Shown: positions 19,965 through 29,869 of the stretch, piece after piece | Position numbering within the stretch: position 1 is the stretch's first letter | How the letters are laid out: every line of letters begins with the position of its first letter | DNA from: Gemmatimonadota bacterium | GTDB lineage: Bacteria > Gemmatimonadota > Gemmatimonadetes > Gemmatimonadales > GWC2-71-9 | Direction of reading: 5' to 3' | Length of the DNA stretch: 62,038 nucleotides | Assembly (NCBI GenBank): GCA_039588295.1 | Contig: JBDHAB010000012.1 | Location: forward strand, 1 to 62,038 | Translations under genes and position numbers: made by a program | The notes under the pieces: model-generated | The model's input: the letters and a program-made list of their open reading frames with translations, nothing else | Database searches by the model: none | What the model was told of the DNA's origin: nothing

Positions 19965-21319
19965 CACTGGTACTGGTGGTAGACGATGTGCTGCCGATGG
20001 CCGAGCAATACGCCTACGATCTCAGGCGCCTTGGTGGGTATGAGACCGTCGTCGCCTCCACTGGGAACGAGGCGCTGGATGTCGTCGCCCGGGAGCCGGT
20101 CGACTGCATGATTCTCGACTTGGAGATGCCCGGGATGGATGGCTTCGATGTCCTCCGCGCGCTGCGCGAGCGGGAGGTGTCGTTGCCGATCATCGTCTAC
20201 ACCGGCACCGGCAACTACGACCGATGCGTCCAGGCGGTGAAGCTTGGCGCGCGTGGGTTCATTGACAAGACGGAACCGATGGAGCGTGTCGTGCAGGAGG
20301 TCGAGCACACGCTCGAACGCCAGCGACTCACCCATGAGGTCGAGTCGCTGCGCCGTCGGTTCGATCCGGACTCACCGCTCATTGGGTTGAGCCCGGCAAT
20401 GCAGGAGCTGCAGGAGATGCTCGCGCGGGTCGCGCCCGTTCCGAGTCCGGCGTTGGTGGTGGGCGAGAGTGGGTCGGGCAAGGAACTGGTCGCGCGGGAG
20501 CTCCACCGGCTGGGTCCCAATCCCAAGGGTCCGTTCGTCGCGATCAACAGCGCCGCGCTGCCGGAACACCTCGTCGAGTCAGAGCTGTTCGGTCACGAAC
20601 GGGGTGCGTTCACCGGGGCGGCGACGCTCCGCCGCGGTGCGTTCGAGCACGCGTCGGGGGGTACCCTGTTTCTGGATGAGGTTGGCGATCTGCCGGCCGC
20701 AGCCCAGGCAACGCTGCTGCGTGTACTCGAGCAACGCGAGGTCACCCGTGTGGGAGGGAACCGCACGATCGCCGTGGACGCGCGGGTCGTGGCCGCCACG
20801 AACCGGGATCTCGAAGCAGAGGTAGCGGCGAAACGGTTCCGGCAGGATCTGTTCTAGCGACTGAACGTGCACGTGCGTCGCGTCCCGCCGCTCCGCGACC
20901 ATGTTTCCGACCTGCCGGAGCTCGCGAATCATCTGCTGCGGACCACGTGCGAACGCTTCGGGGTGCGTCGTAAGACGCTGAGTGATCGAGCGCTCGCGCG
21001 GCTCATGGCGTACGACTGGCGCAACAACAATGTGCGTGAGTTGCGAAACATCATCGAACGCCTGGTCATCGCGTGCGACGGCCCCGAGATCGGTGAAGCT
21101 CACGTCCCACCCGAGATTGCGGGGCGTGCCGGCACGGGTCCGGAACCCGGCACGGCGCGATCGTTCCAGGAGCTCAAGGCCGAGGCCGAGCGCCGGATTG
21201 TCGTGCAAGCGCTGGAGCGGAACGACTGGCACGTCACGCGCACGGCGAAGGCACTGGGCCTGGCCGACCACGCGAGCCTGTTGAAGATCATGCGCCGACT
21301 GAACCTGCGGCGCGAATAG
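19961..21319 (+). pseudogene. Sigma-54-dependent response regulator with in-frame amber codon at 20855-20857
   Basis: [47 protein letters not shown]; same frame continues after TAG. Confidence 0.85.
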
Positions 21320-21322
21320 GCG

Positions 21323-21372
21323 GTGTCCGTTCGGACACACCCGCAAGCTTTCCATCGTGTCCAATCAAACAC
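21323..21372. promoter_or_regulatory. Tandem palindromic enhancer sites (GTGTC-N6-GACAC)
   Basis: GTGTCCGTTCGGACAC (21323-21338) and GTGTCCAATCAAACAC (21357-21372). Confidence 0.6.
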
Positions 21373-21405
21373 AATTTGCCGGAGATGCCCAACCGTGTAA
21401 TCCCG

Positions 21406-21430
21406 TAACCCTTTGTAGGACAATAACTTG
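21406..21430. promoter_or_regulatory. 25-bp symmetric IHF/HU-like element
   Basis: TAA CCCT TTG TAGGA CAA TAAC TTG, full match to pattern. Confidence 0.7.
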
Positions 21431-21457
21431 AACGTCTCCCCTTCCGGCGTGGTCCAC

Positions 21458-21472
21458 TGGTACGGGCGGTGC
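21458..21472 (+). promoter_or_regulatory. Sigma-54 promoter
   Basis: TGGTACGGGCGGTGC, GG-N10-GC. Confidence 0.65.
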
Positions 21473-21536
21473 CTCTTCAGTCGGTGGAACCATCAACCGA
21501 TGACGGCGCCGTGGGCGCCAGAGCCAGGAGGGACCT

Positions 21537-22547
21537 ATGTACTGCCGAATCGCCCTGCGGGATGAACTGAAGAAGCTGTCGGGTCACGTCGCTGTTGTCC
21601 TCCTTCTGTTGGTGACCTACCTCCTGTCCGGGTGCGGCGATCCGGGCGATGGCGAGGTCACGGTGGGGACCGCGATCCAAGAGCCCGACACCCCGTCCAG
21701 CGTCTCCACGGTGGCCATGACGCCGGACGAGCGGGAGCCCATCGAGCCCGTCGCCCCTGCGGCAGTCACGGGACCGGTGAGCTATGAAGAGGCCGAGCGC
21801 GCGTATCGCGCGCGGCGCTTCGAGGATGCCGTCCACCTGTTCTCCGCCTACACGGAGGAAAAGACCGAGAACCCGTGGGGCTATTACATGCTCGGGCTTT
21901 CGGCGCGCAAGGCTGGTGACTTCGAGACGGCGGAGCTGGCGTTTGGCCGCGCCCTGGAGCTCGATTCCGGACATGTGAAGAGCTATCTCAACCTGAGTCG
22001 TGTGCTCATTGACACGCAGCGCCCCGAGGAAGCGCTCGAGAGGATTCAGCTAGCCTTGTCGATCGACTCCGTTGCCAGGGGCGGACAGCGGCTCCTGGGG
22101 CGCGCGTTCGCCGAGCTAGGTCGGGTTGAGGAAGCGATCGAGGCCTACCAGAAGGCGATCACGATCGATGACGGCGACGTGTGGGCGATGAACAACCTGG
22201 GTCTTCTGTACATCACCGAGGGGCGCTCGGATGAAGCCTTGTTGCCGCTGGCGCGGGCCGTCGAGATCAAGGGTGATGTGGCGGTATTCCAGAACAACCT
22301 TGGGATGGCCCTCGAGCGAACCGGACATTTCACGGCGGGGGCGGATGCGTACCGTGCTGCGGTGGACGCCGACCCCTCACACGACAAGGCCGCTAGCAAC
22401 CTGGCGCGTGTCGAAGGTCGGGCGGACGCGGATTGGGCCCCGCCCATCGAGCTCGCCGTTCTCGCACAGGAGTTCGTGGACCAGATCGAAACCTGGCGCC
22501 AGTCGACCACTGAGGTAGCTCGCCAGCCAGAGTCCGAGATCTTCTGA
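21537..22547 (+). CDS. TPR-repeat lipoprotein
   Basis: AGGAGG RBS; lipobox LSGC; multiple TPRs (NNLG motifs). Confidence 0.85.
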   Translation: MYCRIALRDELKKLSGHVAVVLLLLVTYLLSGCGDPGDGEVTVGTAIQEPDTPSSVSTVAMTPDEREPIEPVAPAAVTGPVSYEEAERAYRARRFEDAVHLFSAYTEEKTENPWGYYMLGLSARKAGDFETAELAFGRALELDSGHVKSYLNLSRVLIDTQRPEEALERIQLALSIDSVARGGQRLLGRAFAELGRVEEAIEAYQKAITIDDGDVWAMNNLGLLYITEGRSDEALLPLARAVEIKGDVAVFQNNLGMALERTGHFTAGADAYRAAVDADPSHDKAASNLARVEGRADADWAPPIELAVLAQEFVDQIETWRQSTTEVARQPESEIF

Positions 22548-22567
22548 CTGCTGTGACGGAAACCGAC

Positions 22568-22604
22568 GATGATGCGGCCGCGGACATACCGTGGCCGCAT
22601 CATC
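22568..22604 (+). terminator. 16-bp stem-loop after TPR gene
   Basis: GATGATGCGGCCGCGG-ACATA-CCGTGGCCGCATCATC (one G-U pair), no U-tract. Confidence 0.5.
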
Positions 22605-22773
22605 ATGTGGGTCGAGTGGTGCAGGAGACGACGCGTTGGCCGCAACCCAGACCCAACGTCTGGCTCTGTGTGCCCGTCCTAGGTAGCTTGTGGGCCATAT
22701 GTACCCCACGCCGGTCGGGTAGAGTGCAAGGATCTCTCGCGGCGGGTGCGTGGCCAACCGAGGAAATGAATCG

Positions 22774-23463
22774 ATGCGACTGTCTCACGCCGCGCCCGTT
22801 GTTGGGATCACGGCTGTGCTCGTTACCGCCTGCTCCGGCGACCGGCCCGCAACGCTCACCTCGTTCGCCGACAGCGCGAGCTACGCGATCGGCATGAACC
22901 TCGGTGCGTCCGTGGTAGAAGTACGGGATCAGATCGAACTGGACGCGCTGCTCCGAGGCTTGCAGGACCAGGTGGAAGGAGCCGAACGGGCGCTGACGGA
23001 ACCGGAAGCCATGCAGGTGCTGCGGACGTTTGTGGCCCAGGTTCAGGAGGCGCAGCAGCAGGGAATGACCGAGGCCGGTACAGCCAACGTTCAAGCGGGT
23101 TCGGCCTTCCTTGCCCAGAACGCGGCTCGGAGCGGAGTGACGACCACGCAGAGCGGTCTTCAATATGAGGTGCTGGAGCAGGGTAGCGGCCCGAGCCCCG
23201 GGGCGACCGACCGGGTACGCGTGCACTACCGCGGTTCGTTGATCGACGGAACGGAGTTCGAGAGTTCCTACACCGGCAACCCCGTCATTTTCGCCTTGAA
23301 CGAGGTGATTCCGGGTTGGACCGAAGGGCTTCAGCTCATGAACGTGGGTAGCACGTTCAAGTTCGTGCTCCCCCCGGAGTTGGGGTACGGTGAGTCCGGT
23401 GGCCCCGGCGGACCGAACGCGACCTTGGTTTTCGAGGTCGAACTGCTGGAAATCGATCCGTAG
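22774..23463 (+). CDS. FKBP-type peptidyl-prolyl isomerase (FkpA/Mip-like lipoprotein)
   Basis: SYAIG, SGLQYEVL, VRVHYRG.L.DGTEFESS, VIPGWTEGL, PPELGYG, FEVELL. Confidence 0.93.
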   Translation: MRLSHAAPVVGITAVLVTACSGDRPATLTSFADSASYAIGMNLGASVVEVRDQIELDALLRGLQDQVEGAERALTEPEAMQVLRTFVAQVQEAQQQGMTEAGTANVQAGSAFLAQNAARSGVTTTQSGLQYEVLEQGSGPSPGATDRVRVHYRGSLIDGTEFESSYTGNPVIFALNEVIPGWTEGLQLMNVGSTFKFVLPPELGYGESGGPGGPNATLVFEVELLEIDP

Positions 23464-23612
23464 CGCCGGTCGCGCGGGTGGTCGGTGAGCTCGGCGGCGT
23501 CCGAGCCCGGCACCCTGTGACTGATATCACGGTTGTGCACGGAGTCCGAAGCCATCCTATTTGCGACCGAGAACGTGACAGGCGCCCGTAACTCGTTTCG
23601 AGGGCTGGATTC

Positions 23613-23987
23613 ATGGCAAAGGCAATTGGCTGGGCTCGTGCCTGGGCCATCGCGCGGCCGGAGAGTGAGCCGACTCTGCGGCAGGGTGCGTGGTACCCGG
23701 TCATCAAGGAGCGGGAGTCGGACCTGGTGCTCCGCGTGTTGGATGAGGACGTCACGATCCCACGAAGGCTCGTGGAGCTTCGGGACGAGCGCCCGGAGCG
23801 GTTCACCGTGGTCTACCGGGCGAAAGACGATCCCAACCCCGTTCGCGGCAAGAAGACCGACCGTGGCCGCGTATATGCCGTGTGCCCGATGTGCGGACAT
23901 CGCGTGTGGCTGGTCGGGAAAGAAGCGACTACTCGCTGCACCGAGTGCCATCATGAGGGAGAAGTGGCCTGGTGGGAGACGGGGTAG
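23613..23987 (+). CDS. Hypothetical protein with C-terminal zinc ribbon
   Basis: CPMC...CTEC; LRQGAWYPV N-terminal motif. Confidence 0.7.
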   Translation: MAKAIGWARAWAIARPESEPTLRQGAWYPVIKERESDLVLRVLDEDVTIPRRLVELRDERPERFTVVYRAKDDPNPVRGKKTDRGRVYAVCPMCGHRVWLVGKEATTRCTECHHEGEVAWWETG

Positions 23988-24103
23988 ATCCCGTTTGACT
24001 GCATGAGCCGCGTGCTCCGCTGAGCTGCCCTACCTCAACCGGTGAGCCTCCGACAGCACACCAGTCCCGGTCGAGGTCCCTTAATCCCGCTAACGACGCT
24101 CAG

Positions 24104-24127
24104 AATTGTCCTCTATTGAGGACAATT
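24104..24127. promoter_or_regulatory. Perfect palindrome, putative enhancer
   Basis: AATTGTCCTC-TATT-GAGGACAATT. Confidence 0.6.
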
Positions 24128-24158
24128 TGCGCCGGCCCAGGGCCTGCGCTCGTCTCCT

Positions 24159-24183
24159 TAAGTGATTTGATGGCAACAGATTA
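24159..24183. promoter_or_regulatory. 25-bp symmetric IHF/HU-like element
   Basis: TAA GTGA TTT GATGG CAA CAGA TTA. Confidence 0.65.
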
Positions 24184-24190
24184 ACTCGTC

Positions 24191-24205
24191 TGGCACGCGT
24201 ACTGC
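24191..24205 (+). promoter_or_regulatory. Sigma-54 promoter
   Basis: TGGCACGCGTACTGC. Confidence 0.75.
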
Positions 24206-24250
24206 ACTTTGGCTCCCTTGGGAGGCTGATCCTCTTGCAAGGGAGGGAAC

Positions 24251-24694
24251 ATGAGACGGTTCTTTGTGAGCGCATTCGCGGGGCTGCTTGCCCTGGCAGT
24301 GACGAGTTCACCGAGCGACGCGCAGAGGGTGCGGGTCGCCGTCGGGGTTCGAATCCCTCACGGCTCGGTCTCGGTCGAGTTCGGTCGGCGCGCGTATCCG
24401 CTGCGTGCGGGCTACGTGGTCGTGGCGCCGGCGAGAGTGCGTGCGCATGCGAAAGCCCGCCGCCAGGCGGAGCGCGCGTATCGGAAAGCGGTGCGCCGCG
24501 CCGAGCGAGCCTACGACCGGACGTTTCGCGCCTACGCCTGGGATCCCGTGCGTGCACGGTACGAGGCCGAGCGAGCGTACTGGCGGGTGCTTTGGAACGC
24601 CGGCTACCGGTTCGACCGCGGCCACCGGTTCGACCGCGACGACTGGTTCGACGATGGGTATCGGGACCGCGAGGATCGCCGCCATCGGCGGTAG
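24251..24694 (+). CDS. Secreted Arg/Tyr-rich low-complexity protein
   Basis: GGGAGGG RBS; signal peptide ending SDA-Q; AERAY repeats and RFDR repeats. Confidence 0.7.
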   Translation: MRRFFVSAFAGLLALAVTSSPSDAQRVRVAVGVRIPHGSVSVEFGRRAYPLRAGYVVVAPARVRAHAKARRQAERAYRKAVRRAERAYDRTFRAYAWDPVRARYEAERAYWRVLWNAGYRFDRGHRFDRDDWFDDGYRDREDRRHRR

Positions 24695-24919
24695 CTCCCT
24701 TCGGTGATGGCTGGTGGCCGGAGCTGCGCCGGCCGCGGACGACCCTCGTCCACCGACCAGGTGGCCGAGGGTCGTTCTGCACGTGTGACCTGGGACACCG
24801 TGGCCGTGGAGGTAGCAGCATAGTCTCGGAGGGCACCCCACGGCTCGCGTCGGTTCGGGTCGAATCGTATGTTTCGCTCCCACAAAAGCGCTCCTGTGCG
24901 CTGAAGGAGGAACACCGAA

Positions 24920-25681
24920 ATGTCTGGTGTTCGTCACTCTCGCCCGGCGGCTTGGGCCGCAGGTGCCCTGGTGTGCGCCCTCGTTTGGGCGTGTGCCGGT
25001 GGAAGCACCCAAGATGTAGCGCTCGCTCCAGTGGTGGATACGGTGGTGCGGGTAGACACGGTACAGGTGGAGTCGGAGGCGAGCCAAGAACTCGAACAAC
25101 GCGTTGCTCGCCTGCAGCTCCAATTGCTTGAGCGTGAGGCGCAGATCACCAGCCTCGAGCGGCAACGGAATGAGGCGATGCAAGAAGTCGTGCGCGCCAT
25201 GGCCCGGCTCGAAACGGCGGCGACGCGGGCCGAAGCAGCATCGGCGATGGCTGAGGCCCAAGTTGCGATGGAAGTCCTGCGAGAGGCCCAACCGGATGCG
25301 CCGGAGGTCCAGCAAGCCGCGCACTTTCTGGAGCAGAGTCGAGCCGCGTTCGCCGCGCCCAACTACGGTGGCGCGCTGTACTACGCGAACGAAGCGAGAT
25401 TGTTGTCGCGGACCGGTCAGGCCCGCCTGGCAGGGGTTGAGGTCGGAGGCATGCGACCAGGCGAGGCGCCGTTTGCGGTACCGGTGCGCCTCGAGACACT
25501 GCGGCGCTGCAATGTGCGTAGCGGTCCGGGCCTCGAGTTCGAGGTGCTCTCTACCCTCGAGCCGAACATCAGTCTGGTGGGTTATAGCTATGCTGATGAG
25601 TGGGTGCGGGTCCGCTTGGCCGATGGACGCGCGGGGTGGGTCTTCTACAACCTGGTAGGAGTGCGCAAGGAACGGCCCTAG
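24920..25681 (+). CDS. Coiled-coil + SH3b domain lipoprotein
   Basis: AAGGAGG RBS; lipobox VWAC; NVRSGPG..WVRVR..GRAGWV SH3b motif. Confidence 0.8.
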   Translation: MSGVRHSRPAAWAAGALVCALVWACAGGSTQDVALAPVVDTVVRVDTVQVESEASQELEQRVARLQLQLLEREAQITSLERQRNEAMQEVVRAMARLETAATRAEAASAMAEAQVAMEVLREAQPDAPEVQQAAHFLEQSRAAFAAPNYGGALYYANEARLLSRTGQARLAGVEVGGMRPGEAPFAVPVRLETLRRCNVRSGPGLEFEVLSTLEPNISLVGYSYADEWVRVRLADGRAGWVFYNLVGVRKERP

Positions 25682-25685
25682 CTCG

Positions 25686-27467
25686 CTAGGCCGGCGTCGA
25701 TGAGTCCGACGCCCTAGCGGATGACCGTTTCGTCGAAGACTTCCGCTTGGCCTGCGTCACGCGGTTGCGGCCCTGCTTCTTCGCCAGGTACAACGCAGCG
25801 TCCGCCGCCGCGACGACCGATTGCACTGAATCGCCATCGGTTGGAAACTCTGCAACCCCCACGCTCACCGTCACCACCGCTTCCTTGCCGTCCACGATCA
25901 GCGGGCGTTCCGACACGGTCGCGCGGATGCGTTCGGCGACGTCGGTCGCGTCGGCGACGTCCGTCTCCGGCAACATCACGACGAACTCCTCGCCGCCGTA
26001 CCGGGAGGCGCAATCTACGACCCGCGTGGCCTCCCTGAGCACCGACCCGACGTTGATGAGCACTTGGTCGCCTGCCTGATGACCGTAGGTGTCGTTGAAT
26101 CGCTTGAACCGGTCGACGTCGAGCATGATGAGGGTGAACGGCTGCCCGGTTCGCTCGCTCCGCTGGGCCTCATGGTCCAAGGTTCCCATGAGATAGCGGC
26201 GGTTGTACAACCCGGTGAGCGCGTCGGTGACCGAGAGACGCTCCAGCTCTTCGTTCTTCTCCCGAAGGTCTTCGTGGGTAGCCTCGAGTTCCTCCCTGGC
26301 GGCGCGGAGCCGTCCCACCATGTAGTTGAAGACCTGCGTGAGGTAGCCGATCTCGCCGCCACCGGTCGCGGGGAGCTCAACGGCGAGGTCACCCCAGGCA
26401 ACTTCCGCCGCTCCCTTGGACAGGCGATCGAGGGGGCGGATGATGACCAGTGCGAGACGATACGCAATGAACCCGACCACAAGGAACACGCCGACGACCA
26501 AAAGTACCGTGAGATTACGAAGCCGGGTGACCGGGGCGAACGCCTCTTCGACCGGGATCTCCGCAACGACGGACCAGCCGAGGCGCTCAACCCGGAGGAG
26601 CCGACCGACTACTTCGTTCTCCCGATACCCGATGTACCGTACGGACGGTTTATCGGTGGTCGCCAGCATCTGCCGGATCTCCGCTGGCACGTTGGTGTTC
26701 ATGAGGGCGCGGGAGCTTGCGCGGGAGCTGATGATGAGGTGGCCGGCATCATCCAGGAGGTAAACCTCGCCGCTCTCTCCGGGGATATGGTTACTGAGGA
26801 TCCCTGCGGGCGAGCGTCTCGTGGTCGCGATCGGGCTCAGGTTGAGCTTGGCGATCAGGATCCCCAACAGTCGGGCGTCAGCGGCACTCACCGACGTGGC
26901 GATCGTGAAGATGGGCGCGCTGAAAGCGTCCTCCCAATACGGATCGCCGACCACCGGAAGATCCGGCCTGACGGAGGTCAACCAGTCGCTACGCAGCCGC
27001 AACGGAGCGGGCTCGGCGACACTGCTGGCAACCAGCTCGCCGTCCGGTGTGACCATCACCAGCTCGCCGTATTCGGGGTTCAGCTCCTGTACGGAGCGGA
27101 GATACTCGGTCAGGCGTGCGACGGCATCGCGTCCGGCGCTGCCGCGGCGGCCGACGCGCTGGACCGTCTCCAGATTCTCCCTGACCTCCCCCGCACTCGC
27201 GTACACGCGCGCCTCGTAGAGAACTCCTTCGTACCACAACTGGGTTTCACCGGTGGTTTGCGTGGTGATGCTCCGCAGTTCCTGGTTGATGCGCTCGGTG
27301 AGGGAGTGCCGAGTCTGGGTGTAGGCGATAAACGCCGTGATTGCCGTCGGGATGAGGGCGGCAAGGAGCGCGAACACCACCACCCGGCTCCGGAGGGAAT
27401 CCAGGCCGAGCACGCTTGGGGCGCCGCGCGCGATGATCGAGCTGATACGGGAAACCCGACTTACCAT
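25686..27467 (-). CDS. Membrane diguanylate cyclase (Cache-HAMP-GGDEF)
   Basis: 2 TM, HAMP, TDALTGLYNRR, DVDRFK.FNDTYGH, RYGGEEF intact. Confidence 0.92.
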   Translation of the reverse strand: MVSRVSRISSIIARGAPSVLGLDSLRSRVVVFALLAALIPTAITAFIAYTQTRHSLTERINQELRSITTQTTGETQLWYEGVLYEARVYASAGEVRENLETVQRVGRRGSAGRDAVARLTEYLRSVQELNPEYGELVMVTPDGELVASSVAEPAPLRLRSDWLTSVRPDLPVVGDPYWEDAFSAPIFTIATSVSAADARLLGILIAKLNLSPIATTRRSPAGILSNHIPGESGEVYLLDDAGHLIISSRASSRALMNTNVPAEIRQMLATTDKPSVRYIGYRENEVVGRLLRVERLGWSVVAEIPVEEAFAPVTRLRNLTVLLVVGVFLVVGFIAYRLALVIIRPLDRLSKGAAEVAWGDLAVELPATGGGEIGYLTQVFNYMVGRLRAAREELEATHEDLREKNEELERLSVTDALTGLYNRRYLMGTLDHEAQRSERTGQPFTLIMLDVDRFKRFNDTYGHQAGDQVLINVGSVLREATRVVDCASRYGGEEFVVMLPETDVADATDVAERIRATVSERPLIVDGKEAVVTVSVGVAEFPTDGDSVQSVVAAADAALYLAKKQGRNRVTQAKRKSSTKRSSARASDSSTPA

Positions 27468-27633
27468 GTGCCGAAAGATACGGTCGGGAATGAAGACTCG
27501 TAAGTCGGGCGACCGCCCGCTAGCGTCCTTCCCCAGAACGCGCGACCTTACTCAGGATCCCCAATTGCCGGGGGAATCCCAGCGGCCACCGCGGCTCTGC
27601 GGCACGTACGATATCCATCGACGAGGTACGCCC

Positions 27634-28008
27634 ATGCCGGTTCCGGCACCAGAAGCGTTTGCAGGCCTCTACGAGCGTCTCGCGCCTTCGGCCGCGGACC
27701 TGGTCGACGACCGCGTCCGCACCGAGGTGCTCGAAGCGTTCAAGGACGTGAAAGCAGCGGCCCACCCCGATGCGATAGCGGAGATTGCGGGCAGTGACTA
27801 TGTCGGGCGGGGACTCATGGCGCACGCGCTGTTTCTCGCCTGGGATGATCGGCGAGAGGCGAGTTTCCTGCTCGAGGGCGCGCGGGATCACATGATGAAA
27901 CAGCTCCGGGAGGAGCATACGCCCACGCCTCAGGTGTATCGGCTGCTGGAGGCACTCACACGCCTGTGTGGTGCGTGGCGGGCCGCGGGGTACGGCGAGT
28001 CGGCGTAG
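27634..28008 (+). CDS. Hypothetical helical protein
   Basis: GAGG RBS before ATG 27634; plausible composition. Confidence 0.6.
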   Translation: MPVPAPEAFAGLYERLAPSAADLVDDRVRTEVLEAFKDVKAAAHPDAIAEIAGSDYVGRGLMAHALFLAWDDRREASFLLEGARDHMMKQLREEHTPTPQVYRLLEALTRLCGAWRAAGYGESA

Positions 28009-28108
28009 GAGCACCCTCGAGCCACCCGCTCGAGGAGCGGTCAGGCGCCAGCCGTCTCAGACCCTTCCCGCGTGCGGCCGTGACGGCTGACATCCCTACC
28101 GCACCCGC

Positions 28109-28657
28109 CTAATGCCAGGTCACTCCCACCGTGAAGAGCAGGCTTCCGACCGTGTCATCGTCGAAGAACTGCACCATGTAATCCACGTTCGGTGTAACGT
28201 AGAAGTTGCGGCCAAGCTGCAAGTCGAAGCCGGTTCCGATCGTCGGCCCGATCCCTTGGCGATCGAATCCGCCCACCTCGTACACCGCGACGCCGAACCC
28301 GCCTTTGAGGAACCAGCCCCCGCGGATGCTGGGGTAGAGAAGAGTGGAAGCCGTGACATTCACCCGCGTCAGGTCCGGGCCGGCGCCGTTTTCGTTGAAC
28401 CACACCAGCGCCTCACCGCCGAACAACACCTGCGGTCTGACGGTGCCACCCATCCGCACATATGCGGCCGCGCCCCTCCCCTCGGTGCCGAATGTGAAAT
28501 CGGTGTCCTCCCAGCCGCCCCCTCCGCCGAAACTCAGCCAGAACCCGCGGTGTTTGTGCAGCTCGACAATGCCGCGGTCCGCGTACTGGGCGTCGGCGGC
28601 ATGGGGTACGACCGCGAGGGCGAGTGCCGCCGCGCCAATCAAGGCGAGTGCCCGCAT
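28109..28657 (-). CDS. Outer membrane beta-barrel protein (small, 8-strand type)
   Basis: GGAGG RBS; signal peptide ADA-Q; alternating beta strands; ends GVTWH. Confidence 0.8.
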   Translation of the reverse strand: MRALALIGAAALALAVVPHAADAQYADRGIVELHKHRGFWLSFGGGGGWEDTDFTFGTEGRGAAAYVRMGGTVRPQVLFGGEALVWFNENGAGPDLTRVNVTASTLLYPSIRGGWFLKGGFGVAVYEVGGFDRQGIGPTIGTGFDLQLGRNFYVTPNVDYMVQFFDDDTVGSLLFTVGVTWH

Positions 28658-28730
28658 CTGACACCTCCCGGTGGAATCCGAAGTTCTGTGTTCGCCCATG
28701 ACCCACCACCGTTTTCGGGGAACTACGTCG

Positions 28731-28745
28731 GCAAGGGACATGCCG
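28731..28745 (-). promoter_or_regulatory. Sigma-54 promoter
   Basis: Minus strand CGGCATGTCCCTTGC, GG-N10-GC. Confidence 0.65.
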
Positions 28746-28761
28746 GGCCGACACAATACGT

Positions 28762-28786
28762 TAACCCTCTGTGGACGAGTGGCTTA
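28762..28786. promoter_or_regulatory. 25-bp symmetric IHF/HU-like element
   Basis: TAA CCCT CTG TGGAC GAG TGGC TTA. Confidence 0.55.
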
Positions 28787-28874
28787 CGGCGCCAAGTGTG
28801 CCGGTGAAGCGGCGCCCTGCGTCCTCGCCGGGAGACACCCGCGCCGACCGCGGTGCAGCGGGAGGGAGCATGCG

Positions 28875-28904
28875 AACGCCGGCGGACTGAGGCCCGCCGG
28901 CGTT
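28875..28904. terminator. Stem-loop after DUF4097 gene
   Basis: AACGCCGGCGG..CCGCCGGCGTT. Confidence 0.55.
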
Positions 28905-28930
28905 TCCACATCGATCTCGGATGGTCGGAG

Positions 28931-29869
28931 CTAGCGGCGGACCTGTAGCATCACGGTTCCGTCGGAGGTCGTGGCCACGAGGCGCGGCCCGCCACCGAGC
29001 AGGTCGCCCCGCACGGACCTGGATCGGCGTACGCCGTCAAACTCGAGGCCTCGCGGGATCACGAGATCCTCACCCCTGAGGTCCAGGGTCAGGCCGAAGG
29101 CCTCGGCCATCGAGATGGCAATGTCACCGTCCCCCGTGCGAATCGTCGTAGCCGCCGGGGTGGCCAGATGCACGGCGATGTCACCATCCCCACTGCTTGC
29201 CTCGAGGGATCCGTGGACGGAGCGAACCCGCATGTCACCGTCTCCAGTGTGGAGCGAGATCTCCGGTGCCTCCAGCTCCTCGGCTTCGACGTCGCCGTCA
29301 CCGGTCCGCAGTGTGATGCGTTCCCCTCGGAGATGGCCCAGCACGAGGTCACCATCCCCGGACCGAATCTCGACGTCACCAACAAGGTCGTCGGCGGAGA
29401 CATCGCCGTCGCCCGTATGAATTCGCACGTCGAACTCGGTCGGAACTGTGACACGGACCTCGACGTGCACTCCCCGATGCTGCTGCCATTCCGACCGTTC
29501 GATGTGGGGATCGGTGGCCTCGACGGTAATCTGGTTATCGGCGGAGTGCACGTCGAACCGCATGCGCTCGAATACCGAGCGGGCCCACTGTGGGTCGCGG
29601 GCACCGGCGAGCACCGTGACCGACGCCTGTCCGGTCGCGGATGTCTCGACTGCGACGTTCCCGTCCGGCACCTCCATCACGAGGTGGCCACCCCGCTGCA
29701 CCTCGAAGGACCGCTCCAGCATGATCGTGAGCTCATATTGCTGGGCGTGGTGCGCGTCATGCCGCGATGCCTCCGTCGGGTGGGTGAAGAACGATCCATC
29801 GCGGTTCACCATCAGCAGGCCGAATCCCACGATGGTGGTGGCCCCGGCGAGCGCTGTCAGGTTTCTCAT
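28931..29869 (-). CDS. DUF4097 family beta-strand repeat protein
   Basis: Repeated TGDGD motifs; C-terminal GGGPRLVATTSDGTV. Confidence 0.85.
   Translation of the reverse strand: MRNLTALAGATTIVGFGLLMVNRDGSFFTHPTEASRHDAHHAQQYELTIMLERSFEVQRGGHLVMEVPDGNVAVETSATGQASVTVLAGARDPQWARSVFERMRFDVHSADNQITVEATDPHIERSEWQQHRGVHVEVRVTVPTEFDVRIHTGDGDVSADDLVGDVEIRSGDGDLVLGHLRGERITLRTGDGDVEAEELEAPEISLHTGDGDMRVRSVHGSLEASSGDGDIAVHLATPAATTIRTGDGDIAISMAEAFGLTLDLRGEDLVIPRGLEFDGVRRSRSVRGDLLGGGPRLVATTSDGTVMLQVRR

Noticed and set aside
20855..20857. Amber recoding or pyrrolysine readthrough
   Set aside because: Many genes here end normally in TAG (e.g. 2770, 5009, 9750), no pyl genes are seen, and the site is a conserved Tyr one mutation away
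28931..29869. TGDGD repeats as novel repeat element
   Set aside because: Typical of DUF4097 beta-strand repeats
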